Positions 12,330 to 24,948 of a DNA stretch of 64,000 nt are shown here, piece after piece. Position 1 is the stretch's first letter, and each line of letters begins with the position of its first letter. Both the position numbers and the translations under genes were made by a program. Source of the stretch: Octopus bimaculoides (lineage: Eukaryota); NCBI RefSeq assembly GCF_001194135.2, contig NC_069010.1:9051863-9115862 (forward strand), given 5' to 3'. The notes beneath the pieces were generated by a model. That model saw only the letters and a list, made by a program, of their open reading frames with translations. It was not told the origin of the DNA and made no database searches.

Positions 12330-12519
12330 CTAAAATACAAGGAAAATGTAATTAAGCATATTCATTAGCAATAGTAGTAGTAGTAGTAGTAGTAACATCA
12401 TGCAAATTTATGCGCTTCCAACTATGGCCATCAATACTGTACCCAAGTGAACAGAGTCCAATAGATTTGATGATTTTTCTCAGAAATATTTTATTTTTAG
12501 AAAGCCGCACTGAGTTCCT

Positions 12520-12646
12520 CTGAAAGACCACACTCAGTCCTTTAAAAGACCTGCACTCAGACCCGTCAAAGGCAGCACTCAGACTCGCCAAAGCCTGCAT
12601 TCAGACCAGCCACAGCTCACACTCAGACCTGCCAAAGCCTACACTT
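12520..12646. repeat. Degenerate 22-bp minisatellite (AGACCYGCCAAAGCCTRCACTC-like)
   Basis: Units start at 12559, 12581, 12603 and 12625, with weaker units upstream. Confidence 0.75.
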
Positions 12647-12848
12647 AAGCCTTTAGAAAACCCCTGCAAGCAAACCTCCAATGGCCACATCCAGACCCTT
12701 TGATCGCTCTATTCTTACTCAGCAAAGGTCAAACAGACGTTCAAACTGTCCCGGCCTCTGTCTTTCCTTTGGAGATCTGCAAGCCCCCACCCTCACCACC
12801 ATCACCACCACCACCCATACACACAGTCGTGCCTCACTGGTAACTTAC

Positions 12849-12938
12849 CTGCTGAGCAACCTACAGTCAGGTGGAGAAGATTGTCTGATTGTTCTGTGGC
12901 ATCCAAGAGAATGGAGTTGCATTGCTTGACACAGCTTT
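12849..12938 (-). CDS. HIP1: HIP1 exon 20: SCVKQCNSILLDATEQSDNLLHLTVGCSA(D)
   Basis: ttcag|AA...GCA G|GTAAGT, 90 nt. Confidence 0.9.
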
Positions 12939-13170
12939 CTGAAAATGCAAAACAGCAGAAGGACAAACGGTTAGTGTTAGCATCATCATCATCATCATCA
13001 TCATCATGTTTTCACTGACGACATCAGTTGAATGGTTTGACAGTAGTTGGCTCCAATTGTCTGTTTTGGCCGGGTTTCTACAGCTGGATGCCCTTCCTAA
13101 TGCCAACCACTTCACAGAATGTCTGCTGGGTGCTTTTTACATTTAGAAAAATAAAGATGACAAAATAAGG

Positions 13171-13591
13171 CAGACGTTCTCAAGAATGGGCAGTACCTTC
13201 TTCAAACAGGCACCGAGCATGGCAAAAGAGGGGGGGGGGCGTTAGGCCTTAACAGGTAGTTAGGTAACATAACATAGTAAATTTTACCTATAGCAGTAAT
13301 TATACATAATTAAGACTAGTAACAGTCATTAAAATGAAATGGGACCTCATCAGGCTCGGGGAAGTGATTAACTTGCAATGGATAAATGTGAAAATGACAA
13401 CTTTTGTCTTTGTGAATTTCTTAATTCTTTCACGGTTAAACTTAGACAATCCATTCTGAGAGTAAAATCTATAAATTGTATTCTATGGTTGGTAAGTTGA
13501 GTTGTGATACCTCACTCACCACTTTAGTGGGTGTCAGGCATAGCAACGACTTAAAATGGGGCCGATACAAGGAAAAGGTTGAGAACCATTG
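13171..13591. mobile_element. Possible old hAT (Charlie-like) MITE
   Basis: Ends CAGACGTTCTCAA / TTGAGAACCATTG resemble CAGTGGTTCTCAA-type TIRs; 8-bp flanks match at only 5 of 8 positions. Confidence 0.45.
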
Positions 13592-13960
13592 ATTTAAGTT
13601 TTCATATAAAGGGGTCGGACAAAATAATGGGGACACTTAGCATCGTAATTTTGAAATATCTATAAAAATTGTCAAAAGCATGTCCAATTTTATGTTTTTT
13701 GATTTATTATTAGTGTTGCTTAATATATTAGACTGGATCAACATGAAATGAAGTGTTCTGCTCCAGGGGCCAAATGTGCTGCCGGGTCTGGGAATAGAAG
13801 TAAAGGCTTTGTGATCAGGGGTTCAATATCCTAGGTCACTAAGCCAGGTTTTGTGACAATAAAAAGAGTCATGGATCTGAAAAAAATAAAGTGAGAAGAT
13901 AAAAGAGAGAACAATGGGGGAAGAGAGAGCAAACATTAAAACAAACCAATGATTCCTTAC

Positions 13961-14366
13961 CCAGAAGTAATTGGTAGAGTTTGTTGAGGGCTGCTTCATG
14001 TTCATTGTCACTGGTTTTTTTCTCTGTCAATAACTCTTCATATTTCCTCTCCATCTCCTCTTTATTTTTCGTATAATTCTCCTCTGCTGTCTGCTGTGTA
14101 CCTTGGCTGCTCTTCAGTTGCGTTTCAACCACTTCCATTTCCTTCTTCAATGTTTCCTTGGCAACCACCATCTCTTTAGTTTTCTCTTCCAATTCATTCT
14201 GCAAACAGCTCACTTGCTTCTGCAGTTTCTCCGCCGTTTCATCTTTCTCGGCTTTCGTCGCCTGCAGGCTTTCCTCCAGTGCGATGCTGCTTGAACGGAC
14301 ATCTTTAAGATCCGTCTCCAGCTGCAGCTTCTGGGCTTTGATTAATTCGATTTCCTTGGTTAACTC
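13961..14366 (-). CDS. HIP1: HIP1 exon 19 (406 nt): ELTKEIELIKAQKLQLETDLKD…HEAALNKLYQLLL(E)
   Basis: aacag|GAG...CTG G|GTAAGG; lies within ORF 13869..14417; E/K/Q-rich coiled coil. Confidence 0.9.
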
Positions 14367-16232
14367 CTGTTGGTCAGAGTGCAGAGAAAAAGGAAAGATG
14401 CATAAACAGAAGAGCACTCAATGCAACAGAGCAGGGGTCGTTTGTCATCCCTCGACGATTCCTGCTTTGTCTCCCATCACAAATCTGATCGACTCTCCCA
14501 TCAAAGAGGAAAGTGAACAACCTCCATAGTATGATTTTAAACTGCATCTGGTAGCAGAACCCTGATTTGGGAGTTTAAAAGTTTTCAGGAGTGTGGGACC
14601 GGGCTTCAGCACATATTGTACCCAGCCCTTCTCTGACCTACAGGGCCCCAGCTATGGGTTGATTAGCAGGTTATGGAAGAAACCCTGGGCACAAACCCTC
14701 ACTGCTTTGTGAGTGCCTTGGGAAAGGAGAAAAGTTGAGGAATCGAGCTGGACAGCAAATCAAGGAGTGAAGTTCTTCAAGTGGTCTGGTTGCCGTTTTT
14801 GACACCCTTCCAGTAACTCCAGCCCCATAACGCAATCCACTTAACAGAAGGTCACTCTAGTGTAAAGCCTACAACTTGCTGAGCAGTGCAGCCATCTTAA
14901 ATCACTGAGCCCCTTTAGTCAGACGTCCAAATCTAAAGAATGGGAACAGATCAAGCAAACTGACTCTGAGGAAGCTCAGTGGCATCAGGGGCTGTTCTTC
15001 CAGAGGATCTTTGGACACGAAGAAACTGCCATCATCAGTGAAGGATTTAGGATGCAGATCACAGAGAGGGAGACCCTTTAATTAAGTCTTAATGGTTCGA
15101 TTATTTAAGGATCACAAAAATTAGCATTTAATGAAGACAAAGATTTGAGAATAATTCATCAGAGGTTAAATGTGTTCCACGAATTGTGTCTACACAAAAT
15201 ACTGAAAACCACCGACAGGGACAGAACCGGGAACTGGGAAGTTCTGGAAGAACCAGACTGAGGAGCTTGAAGGAGAAAGAAGAGTGAAAGTTCAAGGTTG
15301 TGTCTTCTGACAATTATACAATAGGGACCACGAGAGGGAGAAAGGACAAAGAGAAGAAGACAGAATGCTGTAGCTTCAAAGATGTGAAACAACAACATAA
15401 CAGCACCTGGGAAGAATGAAGACCAAAGACAGGTTTAGAGTAGGAATGAGGGAGAAAGGAAGCAAAGGGAAAGGCAAAGGGACATGGTAGACCCCCTAGA
15501 AAGATCTGAATCAATTTAGAAGCACCTGGAAAGATGCAGGAGGCTGTGAGAAGAATGAAGAGCCAAGAACGGGTACGAAAAAAAGAGCTGGGAAGACACC
15601 AGCAGCAAAGATGAAAAGCAGAGACTGAAGAGGTCTCAGTGGATGATGTAGCGACCAAGTGTAGAGGAAAGGAGCCAAGGCTAACGACAGACTGTATTAA
15701 GGGTCACAAAGAGGGGAGAAAAAACCTTTAATGAAGCCTAAATAAATTTAATGGGTTTAGCTTGGGAGGAGTGGTGGTGGTGGTGATGGTGGTCAGCATT
15801 TTACTAGACAGCCCAAGGGGTCAGAAATAGAATGTAAAAGTGAAGGGTTAGGGGGTAAGGGTAAAAAAAACATCCATGTCCCTCGCTCCCCCTGCCCCCC
15901 CGCCCCCTNNNNNNNNNNNNNNNNNNNNNNNNNNNNNNNNNNNNNNNNNNNNNNNNNNNNNNNNNNNNNNNNNNNNNNNNNNNNNNNNNNNNNNNNNNNN
16001 NNNNNNNNNNNNNNNNNNNNNNNNNNNNNNNNNNNNNNNNNNNNNNNNNNNNNNNNNNNNNNNNNNNNNNNNNNNNNNNNNNNNNNNNNNNNNNNNNNNN
16101 NNNNNNNNNNNNNNNNNNNNNNNNNNNNNNNNNNNNNNNNNNNNNNNNNNNNNNNNNNNNNNNNNNNNNNNGGAGGGTGAGTGGTTGCCTTGGAAAGCAG
16201 TAGCAGCCTGTCCCCAAGAGTATGCATGAGAA

Positions 16233-16266
<34 letters not shown>

Positions 16267-17159
16267 CATGTATGCATATAGGTATATAGATATGTAGATA
16301 TAGACATATATATATATATGTGTGTGTAGAGAGAGAGAGGGGGAGAGAGAGAGAGAGAAAGAGTGAAGGAGAGAAAGAGAGGTGAAGAGAAATAGAGTGA
16401 AGAAAAGAGAGGGGGAGAGAAGACACACACACACACACATGCATAGGGGTGGGAGCCATAGACATTATTATTATTATTATTATTATTGACTCAGGCCAGT
16501 GACATTATGCAAATGAGTGTAGCCATTCCAGGTGAAGTCTAGTTTGTGGCTGAGCTGCACAGGAACCCTTTAGTTCCAAGGAACGGGGAGAGGGTGTTAG
16601 GGGAAACTCCTAGAAATCATTCGAAGGGATCCACAATTGAGTGGAATTTGCAGCTTAATTTTACTCAACCTAAGACAACCCTCCTGGGCCAAACAACTGC
16701 AGGATTGACAGGTTAATAACTCTTTCTCAATTCCACGAGTGGTGGCAAAGGTAAAGGTTACCTTCTCGGGGACACACGGATTCCCATCAATACAACTACT
16801 AGTGTGTGTGTATGTGTTCGTACACCATTTGTCAAAACACGGTGGACCGCTGGTTTACAAATCCAACCTTGCCCCTGGCAGAGTCCAACCGGGAATGGCA
16901 TTGCATTTGTACAGGTCCCTGCTTAGCACTGCCACCTCGTAATATATTTGGTGTTTACTTTATTTTCTGGTATTTTATTGCTACATCCATTGGAGGGTGT
17001 ATACATTTCCAGAATCACGTATGTATATGTACAAATATATATGTATACACACAATATCAAACCCTGGCACTGGTTAAAATGGGCAATATGATAAAAGTGA
17101 CACCCTCACATCTGTTAGTATTTTTTGACAACGTGAGGTAATTTATACCTCCACCCCAC

Positions 17160-17201
<42 letters not shown>

Positions 17202-18283
17202 GAGAGAGAGAAATAGGGGACACACACATACATTACATACACAAAGAGAGAGGTAAAGAGAGAGAGAGGCCTTGAAATGCAATAAATAGGTCTACAGATA
17301 TACGGACAGACATGTATGTAAAAGTACACATGGCCCCCAAACGAGGAGAAGAATAATAACAGTTGTTAAGCATTTTGTTACTTTGCTATGACAGACACGA
17401 GCCTTGAACCGACGACAAAACAACAACCAATAATAATAATAATAATAATAATAATAAAGATGATGATGATGGCATTGTCAACTACAATGAAAACTGCATG
17501 CTCCACAAGACGGTATTTTGTTGCATGCAACGAACAACAAAGTGACAGGAATCAGAGAAAATGGAGAAAAGACAACCATGCAAGATAGAAATATGAGGAC
17601 ATTGCAAAAGATTCCAAGATTTTCTACTGAAAGGAAGAGACAACAATGATGACATCAAGAAGGAAAAAGACAAAAGACTTTTTGGGGAGTTTCGTTTTCA
17701 AAAAGACTATCTTTCTTTCTTTTTTGGTTTCTGGTGATGCTGGGACTAATTACGATTACCTATCATTGACCATCCCTGGCTGGAAGGCCTGGACCATTGG
17801 GCAAGCAACCTCATGTCTACATGTCTGTCTGTCCAGTAAGATGTCCACATCTGTGTCTCTCTCTCAGATATCCATGTGTCCAGCTGTCAAATGTCTTTGC
17901 GTCTCTGTTCAACCAAATGCTCATGTCTGTCTGTCTGTCCAGTTAGATGGCCACATTTGTCATAGTGTTCTACCAGATGTCCATAAGTGCCTCTCCAACC
18001 ATTTATGGTGCGCCCCCTCCACAGTCCCTGCCCCCACCCACCCACGTCATCAATGATGGCCTAGAGAAGCCCAAACGATGTCTACCCTCAATAATTGGTA
18101 AACAGAGGCATGGTTAAGCTGCCGGGTGGACGGAGGATGGGGGGAGGGGGAAGATGAATGACAGGTGGACGGAGGTCATAGGCGACAGAGGACGGGGAGG
18201 AAGGAGGTGGGGGAGGAGGAGGAAGAGGAAACAGGACCAACAAAAAAACAAAAAAAAAATAAAAAAAGAAAGGGATAACAAAC

Positions 18284-18421
18284 CTGACAAGATTTCTCCA
18301 GTTGTGAACGTTGCTGAGTGGAAGATTGCAGCTGGAGGGAGACTTGGTCAGCCTTGGCCTGGGTGGTCACCTCAAGCTGTTTCTGCTCTTCACGGACACT
18401 GTCCAGCTCACTGTTTGTCTT
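18284..18421 (-). CDS. HIP1: HIP1 exon 18: KTNSELDSVREEQKQLEVTTQAKADQVSLQLQSSTQQRSQLEKSCQ
   Basis: tagtag|AAG...CAG|GTTTGT, 138 nt, phase 0-0, heptad-like composition; the exact acceptor is less certain because the pyrimidine tract is weak. Confidence 0.8.
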
Positions 18422-20998
18422 CTACTAGGTTCAAGGTTTCAAATCACACCCAGGGCAGAACGCAGTGGGTCAAAGCATGCAAGGTGGACCCAGAGGTTAA
18501 ATTGGGAGGCGAATGGTGGCGGTGGGAGAGGTCGGGGGTGAAGGGTAGAAAAAAGAAAAACAAAATAAAAAACAACAAATTAAAAAAAAAATTAAACAAA
18601 ATATCACAAACAAAAACAAAAATGTAGTTGGAGGAGGAGGAGGGAATCAGAAGTGGAGGTTGTTTAGCCCTAGGTTAGTCATGATCCAATAGAGCTATGA
18701 TCAATGCTGTTCCAACCGTGACCACCCTGTTGTTATGTGCAGGGAATCACATCATTCAAAGAAGGAATCCTTCTTTTTAAAGTTTGAAGGAGATTTTGGC
18801 TGCTATTTCTAAAAGGCTGAATATGCAAGTAGAAAACTTGCTATTTGATTGAGTAAAGGTCAGCCGGCCACGACGCTTCCAGCTTTTTCTTCATCCCAAA
18901 TGTGTCCGTTTAAAAGATGACCATGGCTGCGTGGTAAGAAGTTTGCTTTCCAGCCACATGGTTCTGGGTTCAGTCCCACTGCGTGGCACCTTGGGCAAGT
19001 GTCTTCTACTATAGCCTCTGGCCGACCAAAGCCTTGAGAATAGCTTTGGTAGACGGAAACTGAAAGAAGCCTGTTGTATAATAATATAATATATGTATGT
19101 ATATCTATGTGTGTGTGTTTGTCCTCCATCATCACTTGGCAACTAGTATTGGTGTGTTGAGGTACCTGTAACTTAGCGGTTCAGCAAAAGAGACCAATAG
19201 AATGAGTACTAGGCTTCAATTTGTCCAACTAAAAAGCCTCAGTCAAGTAAGAGAGAAGGTGATACTTGCAGCAGGTTTGACTGTTGTTTCTAGCAGGTTG
19301 TATTTGTGTTACCTTCAGTGGTGTGCAATGTTGGCTTTTGTTTAGGTCCAGGTGAACCCTGAAAGAACCGGGCCAGGGGAGAGGGGACACAGTGTCAAAA
19401 CATGGTAGGGGGCAGCAGTTACAAAGGATGGTACAGACATTGTGTAGGGGGGAGGGGCATGTGGGGAGGGAGGGTGCAGTCTGTGACAACAAACATCAAA
19501 CACAACAACAAGATGCAAGGAAATTGGAAAACAAGCAGAAGTCTAAATTGGATTTTACTAACGAGCATACATAATTAATTACAACAACAAGAATAGTTAA
19601 AATATGGAAAAAATATCAAAAAAAGTTCCTCACCTTAATACTTACCTCCTGAGAGATCTAAGAGACCAATCTATACATACATACATACATACATACATCA
19701 TCATCATCGTTTTACATCTGCTTTCCATGCTGGTATGGGTGGGACGGTCTGACAGAGGACTGGCAAGGCAGGAGGCTGCACCAGGCTCCAATCTGATTTG
19801 GCAAAGTTTCTACGGCTGGAAGCCTTTCCTAACGCCAACCACTCCGAGAGTGTAGTGGGTGCTTTTACGTGCCACCGGCACAGAAGCGAGTTGGGGGGGG
19901 GGGGCACTGGGATTGACCATGTTTCGATGGTGCTTTTTACGTGCCACCCAATGGCACAGGAGCTAGTCAGGGAGCACTGGCATCAACCACGTTCGGACGG
20001 GGCTTTTGACATGCATTGATTCATGCTTGAATGGCGCTTATTACGTGCCACCAGCAAGGGTGCCAGTCTGGCAGCACTGGCACCAGCCATTGTGATTTCA
20101 ATATGCACACACACACACATATATACACATATATATACGTATATATATGTATATACACACACACACTATTGTATATAAGTCAGATTATTTTTCACATGAT
20201 TTTAAGTGAAAGAAAAACTGGGATGCTACAACTTACCCGTCATGGGGCAACGCAATAATAATTATGGAGACCAAAAACATTTTGTAAATTAAGAGTGTCA
20301 TTTATATCATCTGATACTCAGTCAGTTATGATAACGAGGGTTCCAATCAATGGAATTGCTTGGTTGTGAAATTAATGTACTGAGCACTCGACAGACACAC
20401 GTCTCCTCAAAGTAGTTCTCAGGGAGATTCAGCATGAAACAGAACGTGACAGGGCTGGGCCCTTTCAATGCAGCTGCACCTCACTTTTTGCCAGTTGAAT
20501 GTGCTGCCGGATATTGTAGTCATGGTCTTACAATCATCAGCTAAACAGACATTAAATGATGATGATGATGATGATGATGCTGGTGGTGATGGCACATCCA
20601 TCCATATGTCCAGTGCTGTGTCCTGAAAATTCTGCCATAATATAAAGATCCGCAAGAAAAACCTGTTTTTGGCTGCAACTTTCGTTTTCGACAGAACTCA
20701 AAGGGAAAACAGGATTTGTGTTGTAGAGTTCTACCTTATCCTAAAGAACTTTCTGGAATGTGAAGCATCCGTAATGCTGCAAGAGATTTCTGGGGGTGAA
20801 GTGGGGGTGTTCGGAAGAGCATCCACCTGAAGAAATCGGGGCTAAAGCAGACAGTAGAGTTTGGTGAAGTCCCCCCCCCACCCCCGGGTATTTACCAGTT
20901 CCTGTCAAACCATCATCCAACCCATGCCAGCATAGAAAACAGACTGATGATGACGATGGTAGCGATATAGTGTTCAGGTAAAATTCTGGCTAAGGACA

Positions 20999-22306
20999 TC
21001 TATATATATAAAAATGAGAATGTGTGTGTGTCTGTCTGTCTGTCTGTCTGTGTGAATCCCTAAAACTCGAGAACTACGCAACCAATTTCATTCAAATTTT
21101 ACACATGCCTTACTTAGGGTTCCAGTTGTGTTTTAGTCAAAAAAAATTTTAACTTCTTCCAGAGTTCGAGCCCACAGCAACATAATATCTCCTCCACTAT
21201 TTAAGTATTACGTGTCAAAAGTGAAACAAAAACACTCATGTCAAATACTTTCACTTTAAAAATGAAACTATTCTACTAACTGAAACAATCACATTTCGAT
21301 ACTGTAATGACAGATACTTTCAGAGAGAGAGANNNNNNNNNNNNNNNNNNNNNNNNNNNNNNNNNNNNNNNNNNNNNNNNNNNNNNNNNNNNNNNNNNNN
21401 NNNNNNNNNNNNNNNNNNNNNNNNNNNNNNNNNNNNNNNNNNNNNNNNNNNNNNNNNNNNNNNNNNNNNNNNNNNNNNNNNNNNNNNNNNNNNNNNNNNN
21501 NNNNNNNNNNNNNNNNNNNNNNNNNNNNNNNNNNNNNNNNNNNNNNNNNNNNNNNNNNNNNNNNNNNNNNNNNNNNNNNNNNNNNNNNNNNNNNNNNNNN
21601 NNNNNNNNNNNNNNNNNNNNNNNNNNNNNNNNNNNNNNNNNNNNNNNNNNNNNNNNNNNNNNNNNNNNNNNNNNNNNNNNNNNNNNNNNNNNNNNNNNNN
21701 NNNNNNNNNNNNNNNNNNNNNNNNNNNNNNNNNNNNNNNNNNNNNNNNNNNNNNNNNNNNNNNNNNNNNNNNNNNNNNNNNNNNNNNNNNNNNNNNNNNN
21801 NNNNNNNNNNNNNNNNNNNNNNNNNNNNNNNNNNNNNNNNNNNNNNNNNNNNNNNNNNNNNNNNNNNNNNNNNNNNNNNNNNNNNNNNNNNNNNNNNNNN
21901 NNNNNNNNNNNNNNNNNNNNNNNNNNNNNNNNNNNNNNNNNNNNNNNNNNNNNNNNNNNNNNNNNNNNNNNNNNNAATTGTCAAGTAAATGAGACGCATC
22001 TTTGCCTCCACTGATTCACTTGCAAAGTGTTAAGTAAAATTATTTCGTTGCAGACCTCCTTTGGGTCTTTTTATTATCACTGCGACACACATAGTCCCCA
22101 GGTGGTAACATTGATTTCAAGGCCCTCCTAGATGAGAGACTGGCATTCCACTTAATGTCTATGTTCCATGCTGGCATGGATTGGAGAGTTATTAATGTAG
22201 AAATATGGTATCGTAGCTACTAACAGTTGAGGGTTGCGTAGTCTAGACAGCGTTTTTAGATTTCATTATTCTCTTTAACCCGGGCAAAGCCGGGTATTTC
22301 TGCTAG
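20999..22306 (+). mobile_element. Non-autonomous Helitron with intact termini (contains the gap 21333-21976)
   Basis: Starts A|TCTATATATATAAAAATGAGAATG(TG)n; ends with hairpin ACCCGG-GCAAAG-CCGGGT (22278-22295), then ATTTCTG-CTAG|T; A/T insertion site without a TSD. Confidence 0.78.
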
Positions 22307-22862
22307 TAATCAAATAAATACACACAAAAAGGGTTACTGTTGATTTACCACCTAAAACTCCAACTTGAACTGCAAAAACAATTGATAAGAAGAAGAATCC
22401 TTTCTACTATAGGGTCCAATGCTTGAAATTCAGGGGAAAGGGGCTCTTTGATTAGATCAAGCCCTCAAACCCAGACAGAGATGAAATCAAAGTTGATGTT
22501 GGTGTCACATGGACTCAGAACATAAAAGCAGAACAAATGTCGCTAAGCATTCTGTGCGACATGCTAACAGTTCTGGCTGCTCACTGCCTGAATAAGAATC
22601 ATCTTTCCTACAAAAGGCACAAAGCCTGAAGTTTGGGGGGGAGGGGGACTAGTCAATTACATCGTTGCCCCCAGTCTTTCACTGGTCCCTAATTTATCAA
22701 TCCCAAAAGGATGAAAGGCAAAGTCAACTTCGACAGAATCTGAAGACAGACAAAATGCAGCCAAGCATTTTGCCTGACATGCGAATGGGTCTGTCAGTTT
22801 GCCGCCTTAAATAATAATAATAATAATAATAATGATGATGATGATGATGATTTGGGTCGTAC

Positions 22863-22931
22863 CTTTAATAACATGTCTTTTTCTTCTGTTAATTTCTTTT
22901 CGTCTTTCAACTGTTTGCTTACTTCCGCATG
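22863..22931 (-). CDS. HIP1: HIP1 exon 17: HAEVSKQLKDEKKLTEEKDMLLK
   Basis: tgtag|CAT...AAG|GTACGA, 69 nt. Confidence 0.9.
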
Positions 22932-23264
22932 CTACAAAACAAATGACGAAAGCTTAATTGTAACGAGATGAACATTTTTTTTTTTATAAAGGCAGACTTG
23001 AACGTGGAGATGTTTAACTTATTTGTAAGAAATTCTGTCCCCTCTCCTTTTTTTCAGTTGTTAAACAATTAAAGATGTAGGATTGAGAGAGAGAAAGACA
23101 AAAAACACAGGGACTGTATATTTTGAGAATGACATTGTATGACAGGTGTGAGAGGCTGAATCTGGTCAGTTTGGACATAAAACAGATAGACATCCCTAGC
23201 CTTTTCTTTTCCCAAGGCATTCACAATACCCTTTGTCTCCCACAAGCAACAACATAGAACTTAC

Positions 23265-23353
23265 GACTCTCAACAGGGTGACATGTTCCTCTCGTAGTTT
23301 GCCATAAATATCCTTCATCTTCTTGAATTTTTCTTCGTTTGCTTTCACCAATT
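23265..23353 (-). CDS. HIP1: HIP1 exon 16: LVKANEEKFKKMKDIYGKLREEHVTLLRV
   Basis: ttcag|AA...GTC|GTAAGT, 89 nt; KANExKFxKxKxxYxKLxEEH coiled-coil motif. Confidence 0.93.
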
Positions 23354-23890
23354 CTGAAGAAAGAAATGGACAGAGTTAGAAAATGAGTGAAACGTGTGTG
23401 CATGTGATGTGAGGTCAAGGCAGGAATGTCTCTGACGATGGTTTCGCTGGATTAAGAAATGACTCGAGGCTAAACAACAAAACGTGCATTTCTCAACAAA
23501 TTTTTAAAGTGATCTTTGCCCGGAGGAAACGTTATTATAGAATCCCTTCAGAAGTAAAATTATTACATTGTAGAACCAGTCTTATGTTGAAATATTCCCA
23601 TAAATATAGAAAAACATTTGAATATTTCAATAGCAAATGACACCTTAATTATAATTGCTTCTTCTCTAATGATGTGATAAGCAAAATATTTCTAATTACT
23701 TTTTAGTATACATAAAACAGCTGGATAACTAAATATCACAACACAGAATGTTCATTTATTTTCTATTGACTGACATCAAAAGTTTAAATACAAAACTGGT
23801 TCTTTTTAGAATATTATATTTCTTCTGAACGGTAATTCATGGATTATTTCAGTTCACTTGGACAACAACAAGGTTCCAAAATGGACTTAC

Positions 23891-23969
23891 TCTCAGAATC
23901 GTTTAGTTTATCTGCTGCTGGTAAGTTCGTCTTCATTTCCTCGAGTTCTTTCTTGATTAGCTCGTTTTC
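23891..23969 (-). CDS. HIP1: HIP1 exon 15: ENELIKKELEEMKTNLPAADKLNDSE(K)
   Basis: gtcag|GAA...GAG A|GTAAGT, 79 nt. Confidence 0.9.
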
Positions 23970-24855
23970 CTGACAAGAGACAGAATTAAAAAATAAAACA
24001 CAAACAAAAAGTCAGAAGAAAATCAAATAAAGGGAAAGTTAAAAACGACACAGAGGTGGCCGGGTGGTCAGGAAGCTTGCATTGTAAGCATAAAGTCTTG
24101 GGTTCAGTCCCACTGCATGGCACTGTAGCGAAGTATCTTCTTCTATAACCTCAGGTCAACCAAAGCCTTGTGTGTGGATTTGATAGACGGAAACCAAATG
24201 AAGCCTGCTGGGTGAACTTATAATATATAACTGACAAATATGGAGAGAAAGAGACAGACAGAGAGATAGACAGTGATGGCTGGTTCATAGGGTTATCCAT
24301 AGTTTTGTGTCCATAAAGCTCTAGGCTTTACATACGTACCCTTCTGCCCCACCCAACTTCAATAGGTGTACCTGAGACATAGCATGGAAAAACAGACATT
24401 AACTGGTGAGGATGAGCTCTGTAAAACTTTGCTGACATGGGTTGGAGAGTTTGACAGAATCTGATGGTCCCAAGGCCTGCATTGTACTCCAGTATTTATT
24501 TTGGCAGGGTTTGCTGCGCTGGGATGCTGGGCCTTACACCCACCGCTTTACAATGTGTTCTTGGTGCTTTTTTGTGTGGCGTCAGCACTAGTAAGGACAC
24601 CAACTAACGTGCAGGAAGAGGGAAAATGAAAAGCTCCCTCGACTAAGTGAGGGAAGTATTTGAGGAAGTGGGGAAATTCCAGGTGTTGTCGGGGCTAAAA
24701 CATGATAGAAGGGCAAGCTTCTTGCTATAGAGGAGATGCTTGGCCACCCACATTATATAAGGGTTGGTGGGAAGAAGAAAGATGGTAGTGATGGGATGCT
24801 TAAACATCCCATCTCGAGGTAGAGAAAAATGTGTCCCAGATGGCAGGGTCCTTAC

Positions 24856-24948
24856 CTTCAAAGTATTATCAAGGGTTAGCTGTAACTCTGTTAGGATCTT
24901 ATTTAGTTGCTCCTTCTCCTCCAGCAGGGGCTGAATTTTCATTTGTGC
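24856..24948 (-). CDS. HIP1: HIP1 exon 14: AQMKIQPLLEEKEQLNKILTELQLTLDNTLK
   Basis: ttcag|GCA...AAG|GTAAGG, 93 nt. Confidence 0.9.

Noticed and set aside
14540-15700. Complex-looking intronic sequence, possibly a degraded LINE or a nested gene
   Set aside because: No intact motif or splice-consistent ORF; too degraded to call.
23432-23470. CTGACGA…GAAA exact hammerhead core words on the + strand
   Set aside because: The intervening TGGTTTCGCTGGATTAA forms no helix II, and no helix I partner follows a UH triplet; probably a chance match.
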